Part shown: positions 55,580 through 64,000 of the stretch, in pieces
How positions within the stretch are numbered: position 1 is the stretch's first letter
Layout: every line of letters starts with the position of its first letter
DNA from: Hyphomicrobium sp.
Lineage (GTDB): Bacteria > Pseudomonadota > Alphaproteobacteria > Rhizobiales > Hyphomicrobiaceae
Direction: 5' to 3'
Length of the DNA stretch: 64,000 bases
NCBI GenBank assembly: GCA_039933175.1
Contig: JBDTOR010000001.1
Span: 16,420 to 80,419, forward strand
Translations under genes and position numbers: made by a program
Notes under the pieces: model-generated
What the model was told of the DNA's origin: nothing
The model's input: only the letters and a program-made list of their open reading frames with translations
Databases searched by the model: none

Positions 55580-56461
55580 ATGAGCACTAAGGGTGGCAAG
55601 AACGGCAAAACCAAAGCCGCCGGGCAGTATACCTTCGACCTCGACAATCCGATTTTGCCGCCCGCCATCGCCGAGCGGGCCCTCACGTCGGGTGGGTTTC
55701 CCTACGACGAGGAGCTGAAAAAGAAGATCTACAAGGAGCAGCTGATGCAGCTTCAGTTGGAGCTGCTGAAGCTGCAGACACACATCGAGGCGAAGGGAGA
55801 ACGGTTCGTGGCTCTCTTCGAGGGCCGCGATGCCTCCGGCAAGGGGAGCTGCATCAGCCGCTTCCTCGAGCGGCTCAACCCGCGCCATGCGCGCTCGGTC
55901 GCCTTGTCGAAGCCAACCGAGACCGAACGCGGGCAATGGTACTTCCAGCGTTACGTCTGCCAGCTGCCAACGGCCGGCGACATGACCCTATTCGATCGCT
56001 CCTGGTACAATCGCGCCGGCGTCGAGCGCGTCATGAACTTTTGCACGCCGGCGCAAACGCAGGCGTTCCTGCGCGACGCGCCCGACTTCGAAGAGCTGCT
56101 GGTGCGCGACGGCATACGCCTGTTCAAATTCTACCTCATCATCGGCCGCGAGATGCAGCTGATGCGCTTTCACGAGCGCCGCCACGATCCGTTCAAGCGC
56201 TGGAAGATCACCGACGTCGATCTCGCCGCCATCGACAAGTGGGACGACTATTCGCGCGCGCAGGCCGAAATCTTCAAGCGCACGAGCACGCCCGATGCGC
56301 CGTGGATTGTCGTGCGTGCCAACGATCAGCGCCGCGCGCGACTGGAAACCATCCGTTGGGTGGTGGCGCATTCCGACTATGCAGACAAGGACGTGCGCGC
56401 CATCGGCACGCCCGACCCGAATATCATCGGCACCGGTCCGGAATACTTCCAGGTTGAGTAG
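55580..56461 (+). CDS. ppk2: Polyphosphate kinase 2
   Basis: FEGRDASGKG, QWYFQRY, FDRSWYNRAGVERV, WDDYS. Confidence 0.95.
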   Translation: MSTKGGKNGKTKAAGQYTFDLDNPILPPAIAERALTSGGFPYDEELKKKIYKEQLMQLQLELLKLQTHIEAKGERFVALFEGRDASGKGSCISRFLERLNPRHARSVALSKPTETERGQWYFQRYVCQLPTAGDMTLFDRSWYNRAGVERVMNFCTPAQTQAFLRDAPDFEELLVRDGIRLFKFYLIIGREMQLMRFHERRHDPFKRWKITDVDLAAIDKWDDYSRAQAEIFKRTSTPDAPWIVVRANDQRRARLETIRWVVAHSDYADKDVRAIGTPDPNIIGTGPEYFQVE

Positions 56462-56485
56462 CTAAGGCTCACACGCGCACACATT

Positions 56486-56652
56486 CGTCATGGCCGCGTC
56501 GTGGCGCAGCCATGCTCCGCATGAACGGCGGCCATCCACGCCAGCTTCGGCGAGCATTTTTGGATAAGGTGCCAGTGGCTGAGATGTGATGAGGCCTTGG
56601 CCCTCACACTCTGCGGAGACCTGCGTGGATGGCCGCCTACGCGGCCATGACG
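56486..56652. repeat. REP/REPIN-like palindromic element
   Basis: Outer 14-bp IR CGTCATGGCCGCGT / ACGCGGCCATGACG; inner 15-bp IR GGCGGCCATCCACGC (56527-56541) / GCGTGGATGGCCGCC (56623-56637); between convergent genes. Confidence 0.85.
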
Positions 56653-56706
56653 GTGAGAGGGAGCAGGCTGCAAACCAGAGCATGACGCCCGAAGCATAGA
56701 GAGAGG

Positions 56707-57582
56707 TCAGCGCACCAAGAGAAGCGGGCAAGCGAGCACTTGCGTCAGCGGACGCAGGCTGGCGCCGCGCGCGATGAGCCGGCCGCCGTACTGGGCCAGA
56801 GCGAAACCGGCCTTGTGCCGCTGCAGTACTTCGGCGAGGGGCGCGGGATCATCGTTGGCGGCGAGCACGCTCTCGAAGCCGGCAAACTCGCCGTCATCGC
56901 CGTCGGCGCACAGAAGCCGCGCCTCGCCTTCCATCCACTCTAGCTCCTCGCGCCGATCGCCGACGAGAGTCAGCTTCACGTCGCCGCCGGTAGCAGTTGC
57001 CAATCGCTGCGCCGCCTTGAGCATCGGGCCGAGACGCTCGAACTCCTCCACGACGGCCACGACCGGCCCGCGCGTGCGTTGCGCCAACGGCCCGGCAATC
57101 ACAGCACCCGTTGTGTCGCGCACGCGCTCGAACAGGTCGGCCAGGCGTTGCTCGTGGCCGGGTGCCAAGGGCTCGCCGACGATTACGACATTCCACGGAC
57201 CGTTCTCGGCGCAGGCGCGCGCGAGCGCGCGCAACGGCTCATCACGGACGACGCGCGCGTGACACGGCACCGACGCGGCAAGCCCCGCCTCGGCAACCTG
57301 CCGATGCAGCGCCGCAGCGGCAAAGCGCATCTCGCGTTCCAGCGCGATCTGCGGCAAGGGCTGCCAACCCGTTGCCGTACCGCCGATCACCCGCGCGAAG
57401 GGGAAGTCGGCGAGATCGAAAAGCTGTTTGTCCTCGACGTAGAGGCTCTCGACCTCGGCCTGGAACGCTTGCCCCAACAGCATCGCCGCCTCGATGGCGA
57501 AGCGGCTCGCTTCGGCCGATCCGCCGAGCCACAGCACGACGCGCCCGCTGCGTTCACCGGCCGCTGCCACGTGCGCGATCAT
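56707..57582 (-). CDS. Universal-stress-protein-like (tandem domain) protein
   Basis: RVVLWLGGS...AIEAA..L......VESLYVED..LF.LA.FPFAR; C-terminal CPLLLVR; ATGA overlap with the upstream gene. Confidence 0.6.
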   Translation of the reverse strand: MIAHVAAAGERSGRVVLWLGGSAEASRFAIEAAMLLGQAFQAEVESLYVEDKQLFDLADFPFARVIGGTATGWQPLPQIALEREMRFAAAALHRQVAEAGLAASVPCHARVVRDEPLRALARACAENGPWNVVIVGEPLAPGHEQRLADLFERVRDTTGAVIAGPLAQRTRGPVVAVVEEFERLGPMLKAAQRLATATGGDVKLTLVGDRREELEWMEGEARLLCADGDDGEFAGFESVLAANDDPAPLAEVLQRHKAGFALAQYGGRLIARGASLRPLTQVLACPLLLVR

Positions 57583-59357
57583 GATGCCTCCGCCAAATCT
57601 TCGCCGGCCTTGCGCTGACGCAGCGCCCGCTCGATGTCGGCGCCCGAGATCACGTCGCGGCCTTCGCTGCCTGCCCAGTGATCCGCCTCGCGGCATACGT
57701 GGGTCAAGTCGGCGATGCCAAGCGACAGCTTGCCGTTGCCTCCGGCCTTGCGTGCCGCATCGTCGATGAGCAGCGCGACGCCTGCAACGTCGAGGGGCCG
57801 CAAGGAGTGTTTCTCGACGATGCCGGCTACGACGCGGGCGAACGTCGCCACCGTTTCCTTGGTGCGCGCCACGGCGTCCTCGAAGACCGCCTCAACCTTG
57901 AACATGCGCCGCAGCTGCGGGTTGCTTGCCGCCAGACGCCGCTGCGTCTCAGCATCGCCGAACACGACGAGCTTCACGTTAAGGGGAATCGATTCAAGGT
58001 CCGGGACCTCGTCGCCGACGGTGCCTATCGGGCTTGCAGGCGGATCGAAACGAATCTCTTCGGCCTCCAAAGCGCGGCGCAGCGCCTCCGCCGTCGCTGC
58101 GCTGTCGAGCAATGCATCGCCGTCAATCAGCAGATAGCCGCCGTTGGCGCGATGCAGTGCACCCGGTTTGATGCGCACGACCGTCGCCTCGCCGTCGGCC
58201 GCCGTACCAAGCTCGACCCGCCCGAACAGATTGGCGTAGGTCGGATTGGGTTCCTGCACGATGGGGACGCCGCCGGCGGCCGAAGTTGTCGCCATGGTGT
58301 GCACCGCATAACGGGCAAAACGCGGATGCGTGCCTGCCCCTCGTGTCAGCTTGGCCGCCTGCGTGCCGTTGGGGGCAACGAACAATCCCGCATTGCGCAC
58401 GAGGTCGCGTCCTGCGGCCTTCAAGTAGCTTTCGACGCCGGCCACCTCGGCAAACTCGGCCTTGGTGTCCTCGAGCGCCGCGCGCACGTGCCGACCGGCC
58501 ACCTGCTCGTTCAGCGCGACCAGCCGGGCGCGGCGTTCCTTCTCGGCGTCCGGCCGTTCGGTGAGGATGGCCTCGATCTCCGCTTCCAGCGCAGCGATCT
58601 TGGTCTCCACCTCGCGGCGCAGGCCATCGGGCAAATTGTTGAACACATCGGTCTTGACGACCTTGCCCTCCAGTACCGGCGCGACGGCGATGCCGGCCGG
58701 CGTGCGCAACAGCGCAATGTTCTGCGACTCGGCCTCGCGGCGCAGCGCTTCCAGCGCGTCCTCGCGGCTGAAGCGGAACTCCTCTTCGATCTTGCGACGC
58801 TTCAGATCGTAGTCGTCGGCGGCGAATGCAGCGGGCAATGCGTCGGCCAGCTGGTCGATGGCCAACGCCATCTTCTCGGCGAAGGGCTTGGCCGTCCCGG
58901 CCGGCAACTTCAGAGCGCGAAAGCCCCCGGTCGGATCGAACGAGCTGACGTACACCCAGTCGGCCGGCCGGCCGGCCTTAGCGCCGGCCTCCTGCAGCTT
59001 GGCGCGCGCCGCCGTGCGCCGGCCCGTGCCCTCGCGACCGATGACCAGCATGTGGAAGCCGGACCCCTTGATGCCGGCCCCGAAGGACAGAGCGTCCATG
59101 GCCTTCGTCTGACCGACCGGACCGTGCGCCGGCTCGAGGTCGGCCGTCGTCTTGAAGCCGAGACTGGCAGGGTCGGTTGCTCCGGCAGCGTTCGTGTGCG
59201 CCCCGACCGACAGCCTTGGCTCGGCGGGCGCGGTAGCTGCAGCAGCTTCCACCGGCACAGCCGTCTCCGCTGCCTCGGCGGTTTCCACCGGGCCCGTCGG
59301 CTCAGCCGCGGGATCCGCAGCGCTTTTCTTGTCTACCTTCGATCGCTTGAAAAACAT
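57579..59357 (-). CDS. LonC/LonB-like AAA module lacking the Lon protease domain
   Basis: GQTKA, degenerate Walker A GREGTGRRT, DWVYV, EPNPTYANLFGRVE, IKPGALHRANGGYL, IPLNVKLV, FKVEAVFE; ends where the S16 domain would begin. Confidence 0.8.
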   Translation of the reverse strand: MFFKRSKVDKKSAADPAAEPTGPVETAEAAETAVPVEAAAATAPAEPRLSVGAHTNAAGATDPASLGFKTTADLEPAHGPVGQTKAMDALSFGAGIKGSGFHMLVIGREGTGRRTAARAKLQEAGAKAGRPADWVYVSSFDPTGGFRALKLPAGTAKPFAEKMALAIDQLADALPAAFAADDYDLKRRKIEEEFRFSREDALEALRREAESQNIALLRTPAGIAVAPVLEGKVVKTDVFNNLPDGLRREVETKIAALEAEIEAILTERPDAEKERRARLVALNEQVAGRHVRAALEDTKAEFAEVAGVESYLKAAGRDLVRNAGLFVAPNGTQAAKLTRGAGTHPRFARYAVHTMATTSAAGGVPIVQEPNPTYANLFGRVELGTAADGEATVVRIKPGALHRANGGYLLIDGDALLDSAATAEALRRALEAEEIRFDPPASPIGTVGDEVPDLESIPLNVKLVVFGDAETQRRLAASNPQLRRMFKVEAVFEDAVARTKETVATFARVVAGIVEKHSLRPLDVAGVALLIDDAARKAGGNGKLSLGIADLTHVCREADHWAGSEGRDVISGADIERALRQRKAGEDLAEAS

Positions 59358-59611
59358 GGAGTCAGGCGCTCGTCCCCTCGATGAGTTGCCCGCAACCAGA
59401 AACGGATTCGCGTGCGTCTCGGCCAGCTCGCTCGGCAATCGGGTCAACGCCCGAGCACCGGTGCCCGCCGCTGGATTCCTAAGCCGGCAACTGTCACCGG
59501 CTCATGGTGGTCAAATGACGGCAGTAAAGGATAAAGCCCGGGGAAACAGGCATCGGTGTGGCGAATGCGCCGCGCAGTATACGCCGGGCATCATAGGCTT
59601 GGCCGAGCTTT

Positions 59612-60067
59612 CTAGGCCGTCAACTGCGCGCGACGATGCGATTGACTGACCCGCTTGCCAATTGCCGGCAGCTTTTCATTACGAGCGGCGAGATCGGCCA
59701 GCGTGTGCCGGTTGAGCAGCTCTACGAACGCGGCAAAGGCCGAGTCCAGATAGTCCGTCAACCGGTCTTGCGACAGAAATTTTCTGTCTTCCTGCGGGTG
59801 ATCCTTCGCGTTGACGCTTTCGAGCTGGCTCACCACCTGCCCCAACAGGATCTGCGACGCGGGCCGGGTCAGCTTGACCCCGCCGCCCGGGCCACGCTTG
59901 GCGCTCAGTACCCCCGCCCGCACGAGACGCGTGACGAGCTTGAGGGCATTGGGCTTGGTAAGGGCCAATTGTTCGGCAAGGTCCGATACGGAAACAATGT
60001 CCGCCTTCAACCGCGCCACTAGCACCAGGATCTGGACTTGGTCGAGGGTGGCTTTGGTGAGGCGCAT
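59612..60067 (-). CDS. Rrf2-family transcriptional regulator (no Cys)
   Basis: LVRAGVLSAKRGPGGGVKLTRPASQI, AFAAFVELLNRHTLADL. Confidence 0.85.
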   Translation of the reverse strand: MRLTKATLDQVQILVLVARLKADIVSVSDLAEQLALTKPNALKLVTRLVRAGVLSAKRGPGGGVKLTRPASQILLGQVVSQLESVNAKDHPQEDRKFLSQDRLTDYLDSAFAAFVELLNRHTLADLAARNEKLPAIGKRVSQSHRRAQLTA

Positions 60068-60178
60068 GGCGGACCACCTCGTTGGGTTGCCAGAGCGCAT
60101 AAAATAGAGCGCCCACAGCGAGCCTGACGTTCCCAATGTAGTAGTCAACTCGTTGAGTAGCCGTGCTTTTGCCGTTTT

Positions 60179-61069
60179 CTACCGGACGCCGCGCCGTCTG
60201 CCGCTCAAGGTCTGCCGCAGCTCGTTGAGCTTCTGTAGCGTCGCCATGGCGCGCGGCTTGTCGCGGGCAACGACACCCATAATGATCGCCTCCAGGCTGA
60301 CAAAGGTTGCGCCGTGCAGCGCCACGCTGCCAGCCCGGCCCCGTGGCACGGGCACGATGACCTTGGCGTGACGCGCCAGCCGTTCATCGAGGGAATCGGA
60401 AATAAGGACGACCGGGATATGGCACCTGCGGGCCTCCGCGATGGTGGCTTCCGCCTCGGGATAGGCCGCGCCGTAGGCGAGCATGAGGACCGCCTGTGCG
60501 CTTTCCAGATCGAGCAGATGATCCGCCAGCGTGCTGCCGCTGGCCTGCAACAATATGCCGGGTCGCCCATTCCGGGCGAAGACGAAATGCGCGTACTGCG
60601 CCAGCGGCGCCGTAGGCCCGATCCCGTAGAAAGCAATTCGCCGTGCTTCGCTCAACACCTTGATGGCTTCGGTGATTTGGGCGCGCGGCGCACCTTTCGC
60701 CAGCTGTGCCACGGCTTCGGCGTGCGCCTCCAAGACGTGCTCGACGGCGGCGTCGGCGTGCTCGATATGGTCGAGCGTGCGTCGCAGATTGTCAGCTGGG
60801 CTCGTACCCTGGCCGGTCGCGGACGCGAGTGCCTGCTTCAGTTCGCGCAACCCCACATAACCGAGGGCCTGCACGGCTCGCACCACCGTAGCGTCAGACG
60901 TGCCAATGGCGACCCCGAGCTCCGTCGCCGACATGGTCAGCGCGTCTTGCCGATGCGAATTGATGTAGTCGGCAACGCGGCGAAGCGCCGGCGTGAGGTT
61001 GCGGGACCGCGCCGTGAACCGCTCGCTCAGCCGGTCGGCGGACTTGGGCGACTGCTTGCTCTCGCGCAT
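60179..61069 (-). CDS. MurR/RpiR-family transcriptional regulator
   Basis: HTH (LTPALRRVADYI, TSDATVVRAVQALGY.GL.ELK) plus SIS-like domain (IAFYGIG, VVLISD). Confidence 0.9.
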   Translation of the reverse strand: MRESKQSPKSADRLSERFTARSRNLTPALRRVADYINSHRQDALTMSATELGVAIGTSDATVVRAVQALGYVGLRELKQALASATGQGTSPADNLRRTLDHIEHADAAVEHVLEAHAEAVAQLAKGAPRAQITEAIKVLSEARRIAFYGIGPTAPLAQYAHFVFARNGRPGILLQASGSTLADHLLDLESAQAVLMLAYGAAYPEAEATIAEARRCHIPVVLISDSLDERLARHAKVIVPVPRGRAGSVALHGATFVSLEAIIMGVVARDKPRAMATLQKLNELRQTLSGRRRGVR

Positions 61070-61553
61070 GTGCGGCCTGAGGGGGATGAGTTCGACGTCG
61101 ACATGATGGGCCGGACGGGCCGTCCGATGGAAGTCCCAAGGGGCTGAAAATGCAAACGTAGTAACGAGCCGCGATTTGCCGCGCCATGTAGTAGTGCAGC
61201 GACGTGACCGTCTCGATCCCACCAGGCGGACGAACGTTCAGCCCGATCTGTGCTCGGCAGACAACACTTAGGGCCTGCTGGCCTGCCTGCGGCTCGCCCT
61301 GTCGCCATTTTTGAGGTCCGTTCAACCTCGAGAACGTTTTCGACACTCGAACGCGCACAACAACATCACGCCCGGCTCGCCGCGGGCGTTCTTCGCCACG
61401 GTCACCAGCCGCCTCTGATTTACCATTGGCCGCGGCATCCCCCGCCGCAGCCTTGAACCCACTTCGGCGATCTGCTCTAGGAGGGCTGATGTCGCTCAGC
61501 AATTCGAGACGTATCGCCGGCGGGATATCGGAATTTGGCGGAGGCCATCTAAG

Positions 61554-62297
61554 ATGAGTTTCGCCCACGCCTTGCCCACCTTTGCGACTGCTTTTCTTGC
61601 CGCGATGGTCGAGGCGGTCGAGGCGCTGACCGTCGTGCTCGCCGTCGCTGGTGTGCGCGGATGGCGCCCGGCAGTACTTGGCGCGCTGGCCGCGCTCGCC
61701 GTGCTCGCGGTGTTCGCGCTGGCTCTCAGCCCACTCATTCCGCTCATTCCCCTCCAGCTCCTGCATTTGACGATCGGCGCCCTGCTGCTGTGGTTCGGCG
61801 TGACTTGGCTCCGCAAGGCGGTCCTGCGAGCGGCCGGCAGGATGGCTTTGCACGACGAGGTGGCGGCGTTCGCGGAAGAGACGGCTGAGCTTCGCCAGCA
61901 AGCGAGGAGCCACCCTGCGCACCTCGACTGGATGGCGGGCGTCAGCAGCTTCCAGGCGGTGTTCATGGAGGGGCTCGAGGTCGTGATCTTCGTGATCGCA
62001 TTGAGCGCGGCTCATGGGACGCTGATCCCGGCCAGCGGCGGGGCTCTCGCCGCATGCCTCCTCGTCGCAACTATCGGCGTCGCCCTGCAACGACCGCTGA
62101 CCCAGGTTCCGGAGAACACGGTGAAGTTCGTCGTCGGCGTGATGCTTCTGGCGTTCGGCGCCTACTGGTTCGCCGAGGGGGTCGGGTTCGAATGGCCGGG
62201 CGGTGCCCTGGCGATCCCGGCGCTCGCTGTCATGTTCTTGGCTTGCGGGGGTCTGGCGGTATCTGTCTTGAGCCGCTTGCGCGAAGCTTCGGATTGA
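61554..62297 (+). CDS. COG4280-like membrane protein (two EXXE-containing repeats; possible metal transporter)
   Basis: AMVEAVEALTVVLAV, VFMEGLEVV, WLRKAVLR, VPENTVKFVVG. Confidence 0.75.
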   Translation: MSFAHALPTFATAFLAAMVEAVEALTVVLAVAGVRGWRPAVLGALAALAVLAVFALALSPLIPLIPLQLLHLTIGALLLWFGVTWLRKAVLRAAGRMALHDEVAAFAEETAELRQQARSHPAHLDWMAGVSSFQAVFMEGLEVVIFVIALSAAHGTLIPASGGALAACLLVATIGVALQRPLTQVPENTVKFVVGVMLLAFGAYWFAEGVGFEWPGGALAIPALAVMFLACGGLAVSVLSRLREASD

Positions 62298-62340
62298 GGG
62301 GCGCGACAGCGCAGTTGCTATGCCCTGGGTGCCGGTTTGG

Positions 62341-62417
62341 TGGTACCGCCTACCCGGGTTGAACGGGTGACCTCTAGATCCACAATCTAGCGCTCTAACC
62401 AACTGAGCTAAGGCGGC
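62341..62417 (-). tRNA. tRNA-His(GUG)
   Basis: Minus strand GCCGCCTTAGCTCAGTTGGTTAGAGCGCTAGATTGTGGATCTAGAGGTCACCCGTTCAACCCGGGTAGGCGGTACCA; anticodon arm CTAGA-TT-GTG-GA-TCTAG; encoded CCA; A73; no G-1. Confidence 0.97.
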
Positions 62418-62435
62418 ATACCAACAACTTCAAAG

Positions 62436-62464
62436 ACTTAGGTCTGCACTCGGCGGAAAGTCAA
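62436..62464 (-). promoter_or_regulatory. Putative sigma70 promoter of tRNA-His
   Basis: Minus strand TTGACT-N17-CTAAGT, 18 nt upstream of the mature tRNA. Confidence 0.55.
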
Positions 62465-62590
62465 TCCGCCGCGCGCTTTGCCCGAAAGCCTGCAGGAACG
62501 CTCAAATACAGCGGCTGCAGGCGCGAGGCAAGGTCTGGACATGAACGGTTTGAACCGGTTCATACCGTCGCGTGAACCGAAAATCGGGGC

Positions 62591-62965
62591 TTATCCCCGC
62601 GTCTGCGCCTTCTGCGCCGCCTCGCTCACCAGCCGCCCCAGAACATGGGCCTGATGGGCGAACGACTGCATCTGCTTTTGCGCGTAGCGCTGCTGGATCT
62701 CGATGTATTCCTTGAGATCGCGGGCGCGCGACAGCTCGGTAGCGAAGGCAAAGCTCGCCTGGATGTTCTGTTCGGCGAACTTGGAGATCTGCGATTGCAT
62801 CTCCACGGCGCTCGACGTCATGACGCCATGCGACGCTGAGAGCGTGTCCTGCACCTTGCGCGCCATGTCGATGAACTGATTGTAGGCGCTGCGAGCCTGC
62901 TCGACGTTGCGCTCGGCGAGTTCGCGGACGGCCTCCGGAAACTCGAATTGCGGCTTGTCGGACAT
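62591..62965 (-). CDS. phaP: Phasin (PHA granule-associated protein)
   Basis: FEFPEAVRELAERNVEQARSAY...FAEQNIQASFAFA..L.RA.D..E..EIQ; SD AGGAGG. Confidence 0.85.
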   Translation of the reverse strand: MSDKPQFEFPEAVRELAERNVEQARSAYNQFIDMARKVQDTLSASHGVMTSSAVEMQSQISKFAEQNIQASFAFATELSRARDLKEYIEIQQRYAQKQMQSFAHQAHVLGRLVSEAAQKAQTRG

Positions 62966-63151
62966 CGGGGGTCTCCTCCTGGCCAGGATGGTTGTCGAGC
63001 CCGCTCCTGGTTTTCGGGCAGTTTGTGAATATACCTCGATCCGGCGCGGAAGGGTCGCGAAATGAATGTGGATACAGAACGCTGCGGCAGTCCACTCGTG
63101 GACGGAAGCGCCTCATCGCGCTAACAGATTTGGAGCCTTGGTGTTTCACCC

Positions 63152-64000
63152 ATGCCCGTAGACGGCCCGCGCGCTACGCTGCCCCTGACCGGAGCCGGCC
63201 CTGAGAAGGCGCTCGCAGGCTGCGTCGACCCCGCTTGGGTCATCGACCCCGCCAAGGGACGCGTGCTCGCCGCCAACGCCGCCGGCGCTGCCCGGCTTGG
63301 CCTGCGCCCTGACGCCGCCTCCGGAACCCTTGACGCCGCCATGCCCGGCCTCGTCCGCCTGCGAGCGATGCTGCGCGAGCCCATGGACGCCGCCCGGCGC
63401 GAGTCGTTGATCTTCTGGACGGCGTACGGCGCCGAGAACCTGATGTGCGATGTCGCCGCCGTGCCGAAGGAGGCGTCCGCCTCGGCGCTGGTGCTGGTCT
63501 CGATCGCCTCCGCCCAAGCCAAGCGCGCCACCACGCCAGCCGCCGAACCCGCCGCGCCCACGCTGCCGCCGAGCGTGACGCCGTCCCCCGGCGATGCAGC
63601 AACGATGACCAAAATCGCCCGTGCGATCCGCAGCGGCTTTGCCGGCGGCCGCGATGGGGCCGTCCCGCAAATCGCCGACGCCGATGAGCCCGATGAGGGC
63701 CGCGACGACCGCGCCGTGCAGGTATCGAAGCTGGCGCACGAGCTACGCACGCCGCTCAGCGCCATCGCGGCTGCCGCCGAGATCATGAAGGACCAGCGCT
63801 TTGGCGCCATCGGCAACGAGCGCTATCGCGGCTACACGTCGGACATTCACGACAATGCACGGCACGCACTGGCGCTGATCAACCGCCTGCTGGGCGGCGA
63901 TGCCACCACCGAGTTGGACAGCGGTTTGCAGGTCGCCGAGATCGACCTCAACGCGGTTGCTCAAGGATCAGTATCGGCGATGCTGCCGCTCGCGGAAGAA
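63152..64000 (+). CDS. PleC/DivJ/PdhS-family sensor histidine kinase, 3'-truncated by the window edge
   Basis: Absent from the ORF track because it has no stop in the window; hand translation gives PAWVIDPAKGRVLAANAAGAARLG (PAS-like) and LAHELRTPLSAI...IMKDQRFGAIGNERYRGY..DIHD. Confidence 0.8.
   Translation, partial: MPVDGPRATLPLTGAGPEKALAGCVDPAWVIDPAKGRVLAANAAGAARLGLRPDAASGTLDAAMPGLVRLRAMLREPMDAARRESLIFWTAYGAENLMCDVAAVPKEASASALVLVSIASAQAKRATTPAAEPAAPTLPPSVTPSPGDAATMTKIARAIRSGFAGGRDGAVPQIADADEPDEGRDDRAVQVSKLAHELRTPLSAIAAAAEIMKDQRFGAIGNERYRGYTSDIHDNARHALALINRLLGGDATTELDSGLQVAEIDLNAVAQGSVSAMLPLAEE

Noticed and set aside
165-59384. Many long antisense ORFs (e.g. 165-1712, 5994-7631, 29334-30866, 57678-59384)
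   Set aside because: They mirror well-supported genes on the other strand, as expected from high GC3 codon bias, and carry no motifs.
60894-62402. 502-aa minus-strand ORF
   Set aside because: It starts inside tRNA-His and runs antisense to the COG4280-like gene; a shadow ORF typical of high-GC DNA.
1-64000. CRISPR array, transposase, integrase, prophage or known anti-phage defence genes
   Set aside because: No regularly spaced direct repeats or corresponding protein motifs were seen on manual reading.

Overview
A 64 kb, GC-rich (about 65% by eye) chromosomal window from an alphaproteobacterium of the Hyphomicrobiales, probably Hyphomicrobium-like. That assignment is inferred from the argD-argF-hslO / gcrA / pho-pst gene order, a SAM-II riboswitch before metZ, a tRNA-His lacking G-1 and GTCAT-type palindromic repeats. 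Most of the window is core metabolism: lysA, argH, dapD/dapE, metZ, argE, argD-argF-hslO, gcrA, phoR-pstSCAB-phoU-phoB, ppk2, a phasin and tRNA-His. No CRISPR array, transposase, integrase or prophage gene was seen. Points of most interest: (1) a DUF2946-type His/Cys-rich leader ORF ending in RAPP, with an anti-Shine-Dalgarno directly after its stop codon that is complementary to the SD of a zrgA-type zinc/ABC operon, suggesting metal- or secretion-dependent ribosome-stalling control; (2) a GNAT acetyltransferase fused to an intact HDAC-family deacetylase; (3) an extended envelope locus (divergent class A PBP, DUF4407-like protein, alpha-2-macroglobulin, PBP1C, lipoprotein PHB depolymerase, LpxQ-like barrel); (4) a LonC-type AAA protein with no protease domain, coupled to a USP-like gene; (5) a Cys-repeat trypsin protease facing two tandem paralogous secreted proteins; (6) several structured leaders and palindromic elements. 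All family assignments come from manual motif recognition; no database search was run.
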